Shown: piece after piece, positions 46,162 to 50,326 of the stretch | Position numbering within the stretch: the stretch's first letter is position 1 | Layout of the letters: the number at the start of each line of letters is the position of its first letter | Source: Terriglobia bacterium | GTDB lineage: Bacteria; Acidobacteriota; Terriglobia; Bryobacterales; JACQDG01 | Direction: 5' to 3' | Assembly: GCA_041477005.1 (NCBI GenBank) | Contig: JBGOUJ010000002.1 | Coordinates: 1-50,326 of the forward strand | Length of the DNA: 50,326 bases | Translations under genes and position numbers: made by a program | Notes under the pieces: generated by a model | What the model saw: only the letters and a program-made list of their open reading frames with translations | Told to the model about the DNA's origin: nothing | Databases searched by the model: none

Positions 46162-47862
46162 ATGGCCCGCAAGCAGAAGCTCCTGCTGGTCGCCACGGCG
46201 TTGCTGTTGGCAGTCGATTGGTCGTGCGGGCAGAGGCCCGCCCGCCGGTCCTCGCCGGAAGACTCCTCGGTTCCCGAACCGCCGGAGGTCCAGGTTCGCC
46301 GGATTCCGGAGGAGACGGCAACCACGGTTCTTTACGTCGACGGCCAGTCAGCGGCGGCGTCGGATGAAAACCCCGGCGCCGCACGGCTCCCGTTTCGGAC
46401 CATTTCCCGGGCGGCGCAAAGGGCCCACGAGAACAAGAGGCGCGGCATCGGGACCAAGGTCTTGATCCGCCCCGGCGTCTACCGCGAGCAGGTCATTCTC
46501 CCGATCAAAGAGGGAGAAACGACCGCGCCGCTCATTTTCGAGGCAGCCGTTGGCGGAAAGGTCATCTTATCCGGCTCCGATGTCTGGACGGGCTGGCAAC
46601 GAGTTGAGGGAAACGTCTACCGGCACGCCTGGCCGTACCACTGGGGGATGGCGCCCTACCCACGAGGCTGGGAGGGCGAGGTAATCCTGCCGCCCGTGGT
46701 CCGAAGGCGGGAGATGGTATTCTTGAACGGCACTCTGCTCGAGCAGGCGCTCGCCTACCGCGACCTGAAAGACAACAGCTTCTACGTCTCGGAGCAGGAT
46801 TCAACGCTCTATCTCAGGGCCGCCCCAGGTCTCGACGTGGAGAAAGCGGCCATTGAGGTTTCCACCCGCTCGCCCTTATTCCGCGCCCAGAGCCAGCACA
46901 ATCTCGTCTTGCGAGGCATGCAGTTCGTGCAGGGAAACACGCCGCTCAGCGAAGGGGCGGTCGCCATCACCGACTCCTCGGATGTACTGATCGCAAACTG
47001 CGACTTCTCATGGAACAGTTCGATAGGCCTGTTGGCGTCGGGGGTTTCGAACCTGACCTTGCGCCACAACTCCGCCAATCACAATGGAGCCGCGGGCATC
47101 GACGGCTACCAATGGAAGCGCGCCTTTCTCGAAGGAAACGAGACCTCGTATAACAACTGGCGGGGGGCCTGGGGCGGATTCACCGGGTGGGCCCCGGCCG
47201 GGACCAAAGTGGCGCTGCTGCATGAGGGCACGATCCGTGACCACCGCTCCTTCGGCAATCAGTGCCGCGGCTTCTGGCTGGATTCCGACAACTCCCACGT
47301 GACCGTTGAAGGGGCGCTCTGGTGCCGGAATCTGAGAGACGGGGTCTTTGTCGAAGCCAACGCGGGCCCCATCCTGATCCGGAACAGCGTCATCGCCGGA
47401 AACCAGAACGGGTCCGGCATCGCGGGAGCCAACTCCGCCGGCGTGAGCCTGGTGAGAAACCTGATCTATGGTAATGCCCGCTCCCAGATCGAGATCACGG
47501 GAGTATTGGACCGCACAGTGACCGATTGGGAAACCGGCGCTACGCGGAATGTCCAGGCAAGTCACTGGACGCTGCGGGAAAACCTGGTGGCCAGCTCGGA
47601 GCCGGCGCAGCCGCTGCTGCTGACACCCAACTGGAAGCCGTTCCGGGCCACGCTAAACTCGGAGGGCAACCCCTGGGAGCATCCCGGCGGCGGGCGGCCT
47701 TTTCGGGTGGGGCCGTTCTCTCTCACGCTGGCCCAGTGGCAGTTCCTCACGGGCAGCGAGGCTCACTCGGTATTGACCAACACACTAGCCGAGGACGCTG
47801 ATCTCAGGCGATTGTTATCCCCAGAACCGGCAGAAGGGGCGGGAGTCAGTGAGCGCCAGTAA
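46162..47862 (+). CDS. Secreted right-handed beta-helix (pectin-lyase-like) protein
   Basis: Hydrophobic signal segment, LYVD....ASDENPG....PFRTISRA, PGVYRE, Asn/Gly-rich PbH1-like repeats. Confidence 0.78.
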   Translation: MARKQKLLLVATALLLAVDWSCGQRPARRSSPEDSSVPEPPEVQVRRIPEETATTVLYVDGQSAAASDENPGAARLPFRTISRAAQRAHENKRRGIGTKVLIRPGVYREQVILPIKEGETTAPLIFEAAVGGKVILSGSDVWTGWQRVEGNVYRHAWPYHWGMAPYPRGWEGEVILPPVVRRREMVFLNGTLLEQALAYRDLKDNSFYVSEQDSTLYLRAAPGLDVEKAAIEVSTRSPLFRAQSQHNLVLRGMQFVQGNTPLSEGAVAITDSSDVLIANCDFSWNSSIGLLASGVSNLTLRHNSANHNGAAGIDGYQWKRAFLEGNETSYNNWRGAWGGFTGWAPAGTKVALLHEGTIRDHRSFGNQCRGFWLDSDNSHVTVEGALWCRNLRDGVFVEANAGPILIRNSVIAGNQNGSGIAGANSAGVSLVRNLIYGNARSQIEITGVLDRTVTDWETGATRNVQASHWTLRENLVASSEPAQPLLLTPNWKPFRATLNSEGNPWEHPGGGRPFRVGPFSLTLAQWQFLTGSEAHSVLTNTLAEDADLRRLLSPEPAEGAGVSERQ

Positions 47863-48302
47863 CCGGCTCCTGACCGGCCGGCGCCGCCCGCACCGCGGGG
47901 GCAGGTGCGCCTTGCCTGTATTCGCCTCGCGTTTGGGATCGGCCGGCCGTGCCGTTGAACGGCGGATCTCACCGGAACCAGCAGTGCTCGTGCGCCCGGG
48001 CGGCCGTGCGCCCGGCAGAAGGATACCTGCACCCTGTATAGATCGTACTATGAATTCGTACTAGCATGTACGCTACCTGCTCTTATTTCGTACTACGTCT
48101 TTTTGCCTAGCCTAACGGGACTAAGCCTCGGGGTGAATACGAAAAAATTGCACGGGAGATTGAGCAGAAAAGGGGTGATTGTCGATAGGACGGATGGCGG
48201 CAGGGTTTGCCAGTCCCGCTTATTCGTACTGGCCATGGTTTGGCGAGCCGATTGCATCGTCTTAGAGCCCGTCGGAAGCGCGGCCGCCAAACTTCTAGCC
48301 CG

Positions 48303-50326
48303 ATGGCGTGGCCGAAGCACCTCCGCCCAAATACCCCCGTGCATACATCAACGTCGTCCCCCTCGTTGCGAATTGCTTTCTTATCGGTATTTCTGATCTG
48401 TGGCGCCCGCTCCGCCGAAGCGGGCACGACCTATTACGTGGATTCCGCCGGCGGAAACGACGCCAACAGCGGGACGTCGACCGCCGCCCCCTGGCGGACC
48501 ATCGGCAAGGTGAAGAACGCCGCCTTGGGCCCTGGTGATACCGTCCTGCTCAAGCGCGGCGGAGTGTGGCGAGAGCAGCTCACAGTCAACCACTCGGGCG
48601 CGGCGGGAAATCCGATCACCTACGCCGATTACGGCTCCGGCAACAAGCCCCTGCTCATCGGCGCCGATGTTCTCAGCTCCGGCTGGACGCTCGGCGGAAC
48701 CAACCAATGGGGCGTTGCTGTGTCCCAGCAGCCGAACCAGGTCTTTTTCAACGGGGTGCGTGGCACTCCCGTCACTTCCCTGGCCGGCGTCACCAGCCCC
48801 AACACCTGGTATTGGGACTCGACCTCCAAACTTCTCCGGGTCTACTCCGCATCCAATCCGGCCACCGCCTACACGAATCCAGGAGTGGAAGCGCAGGCGG
48901 GCCGCAGCGGCGTGGACGTTTTCAACCAGGGCTTTATCACCCTTCGCAATATCGCCGTCACCCGGAACGATTACGGCCTGGTGTTGCACGGCGGCGCACC
49001 GAATAATCTCCTGGATTCGGTGGAGGCAAGCTACAGCTTTTACGACGGCATCGGCATCCAGGACGCCGGCTCGGTCAACAACTCGGTGATCAATTGCATC
49101 GCCCACGACACTTTGCGGGACGGGGTGCTGTTCTGGGACGGCGCCGACAAGGGGACCATCAGCGGCGGAACCTACTATAACAATCCGGAATCCGGCGCCG
49201 AGCAGGGCCTGTCGGCCGGTGGCACTATCTCCCAGGTGACCGCCTACAACAATACATACGGCGTGAAGGCCTACGGCGGCGCGGGAGCGGAGTCCACGAC
49301 GGCCAATATCACCATTCAAAATAATACGGCCTACGGCAATTCCTCCTTCGGGATTGATGTCGATTACGCGGGCCCGGGCATTATCGTTCAGAACAACACG
49401 TCTTATTCCAATGCCTCGCACGGCATCGCCATCGAAGGCACCACGGCGGGCGCGATTGTGAGGTACAACATCACTCACGGCAACGGCGGCGGCCAAGGGA
49501 GCGTAGCGGGAATCATATTGGACGGGACGACGAGCGTCCAGGTCTATTACAACATTCTCTACGCAGAGTCCATTGGAGTCTGGACCCTTGGCTCGAAGAA
49601 TCCGGTGATTTATAACAACACCGTATACAACAGCGATACCTGTGTCGGCATCGAGAACGCCACCACGGGCGCTGCGGTGAAGAACAACATTGGCGCCGGC
49701 TGCCGGACGTACATCGTCCTGCTGGACACCGACTCGCAGTCGGGAATGGTTTTCAACAACAACGATTGGGTGGTGAGCGGCGCAGCGGTGCTGCAACGGC
49801 AGAACACATCCTACAACCTGGCCGGGTGGAAGAGCGCCACCGGCCAGGACCAGAACTCTATTTCGATCGACCCCCGCTTTGTGAACCCGTCGGGAAACGA
49901 CTTTCACCTGCAGTCGTCTTCTCCGGCGATCAACGTCGGGACCAATGTCGGCTTGACGGCCGACTTCGGCGGCGCGGCAGTGCCCCAGGGCGCGGGCGTC
50001 GACCTCGGCGCCTATGAATACAGCGGCGGCGTCACACCGCCGCCCGGGGTGAGCGGCCTCAGTTGCAGTCCGGGATCGATCGTGACGCCAAGTACGACGA
50101 GCTGCACCATCACGCTGAGCGGGGCGGCGCCCGGCAGCGCGGTGGCCGTTACGGTTACGAGCGGCAGTGGGAGCGCGACGTTCTCTTCGCCGGTGACGGT
50201 GCCCTCAGGGCAAACCAGCGCCGGCTTCACGGTGACGGGAACGGCGGTGGGAGCCGACACGACGGCCCTTCTGACCGCCAGCGCTAACGGAACCTCGGCT
50301 CAGTTTTCGCTGGGACTGTTGGCGCC
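48303..50326 (+). CDS. Secreted right-handed beta-helix protein with choice-of-anchor-Q-like motif and Ig-like repeat (partial, runs off the window)
   Basis: Not in the ORF track. Signal ...AFLSVFLICGARSAEA/GTTYYVDSAGGNDANSG, PGDTVLLKRGGVWRE, Asn-rich repeats, DPRFV...DFHLQSSSPAI...DLGAYEY, then Ser/Thr-rich beta domain. Confidence 0.85.
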   Translation, partial: MAWPKHLRPNTPVHTSTSSPSLRIAFLSVFLICGARSAEAGTTYYVDSAGGNDANSGTSTAAPWRTIGKVKNAALGPGDTVLLKRGGVWREQLTVNHSGAAGNPITYADYGSGNKPLLIGADVLSSGWTLGGTNQWGVAVSQQPNQVFFNGVRGTPVTSLAGVTSPNTWYWDSTSKLLRVYSASNPATAYTNPGVEAQAGRSGVDVFNQGFITLRNIAVTRNDYGLVLHGGAPNNLLDSVEASYSFYDGIGIQDAGSVNNSVINCIAHDTLRDGVLFWDGADKGTISGGTYYNNPESGAEQGLSAGGTISQVTAYNNTYGVKAYGGAGAESTTANITIQNNTAYGNSSFGIDVDYAGPGIIVQNNTSYSNASHGIAIEGTTAGAIVRYNITHGNGGGQGSVAGIILDGTTSVQVYYNILYAESIGVWTLGSKNPVIYNNTVYNSDTCVGIENATTGAAVKNNIGAGCRTYIVLLDTDSQSGMVFNNNDWVVSGAAVLQRQNTSYNLAGWKSATGQDQNSISIDPRFVNPSGNDFHLQSSSPAINVGTNVGLTADFGGAAVPQGAGVDLGAYEYSGGVTPPPGVSGLSCSPGSIVTPSTTSCTITLSGAAPGSAVAVTVTSGSGSATFSSPVTVPSGQTSAGFTVTGTAVGADTTALLTASANGTSAQFSLGLLA

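Noticed and set aside
47818-47983. Possible echo RRISPEPA (SPEPA at 47969) of beta-helix C-terminus RRLLSPEPA
   Set aside because: Only five identical residues in a low-complexity tail; fits the pattern but is too short to support
48381-49907. 508-aa minus-strand ORF
   Set aside because: Shadow of the real plus-strand beta-helix gene starting at 48303
1-50326. CRISPR array, intact IS, integrase or prophage, reverse transcriptase, rRNA
   Set aside because: No regularly spaced repeats or diagnostic motifs seen; the echoes lack the adenine-specific variation and RT expected for a diversity-generating retroelement

Overview
GC-rich bacterial chromosomal DNA. Gene content (bshC in a diderm context, dnaB-alr-PIN/TRAM-ispD-ispF, a secreted protein with Ig-like repeats) suggests Acidobacteriota, which is an inference. 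Left part (1-19.7 kb, mostly minus strand): ltaE, hemW, yjbQ, bshC, a TetR-TolC-HlyD-ABC efflux operon, an orphan HisKA_3 kinase, ispF, ispD, a PIN/TRAM gene, alr and dnaB. An AT-rich spacer with DnaA-box-like motifs leads to tRNA-Pro(CGG). A decayed island scar follows, holding Fic and SWIM-zinc-finger fragments and an 11-bp att-like repeat. Right part (21.4-50.3 kb, all plus strand): a Wzx/Wzy exopolysaccharide locus with a PilZ gene, a JUMPstart/ops-like leader and NusG paralog, Wza/Wzc, CDP-sugar and GDP-mannose-3,5-epimerase genes, glycosyltransferases, a deacetylase and two secreted beta-helix proteins (the last is absent from the ORF track). Two signals stand out. (1) Four intergenic gaps of the EPS locus contain short diverged echoes of the C-terminus of a nearby upstream gene, suggesting serial 3'-end displacement by recombination. 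(2) An apparently uncharacterised module encodes tandem nucleotidyltransferase-like paralogs plus a thymidylate-kinase-like/APH-kinase fusion, a candidate phospho-decoration system for the polysaccharide. All calls come from motif reading and hand alignment; no searches were run.
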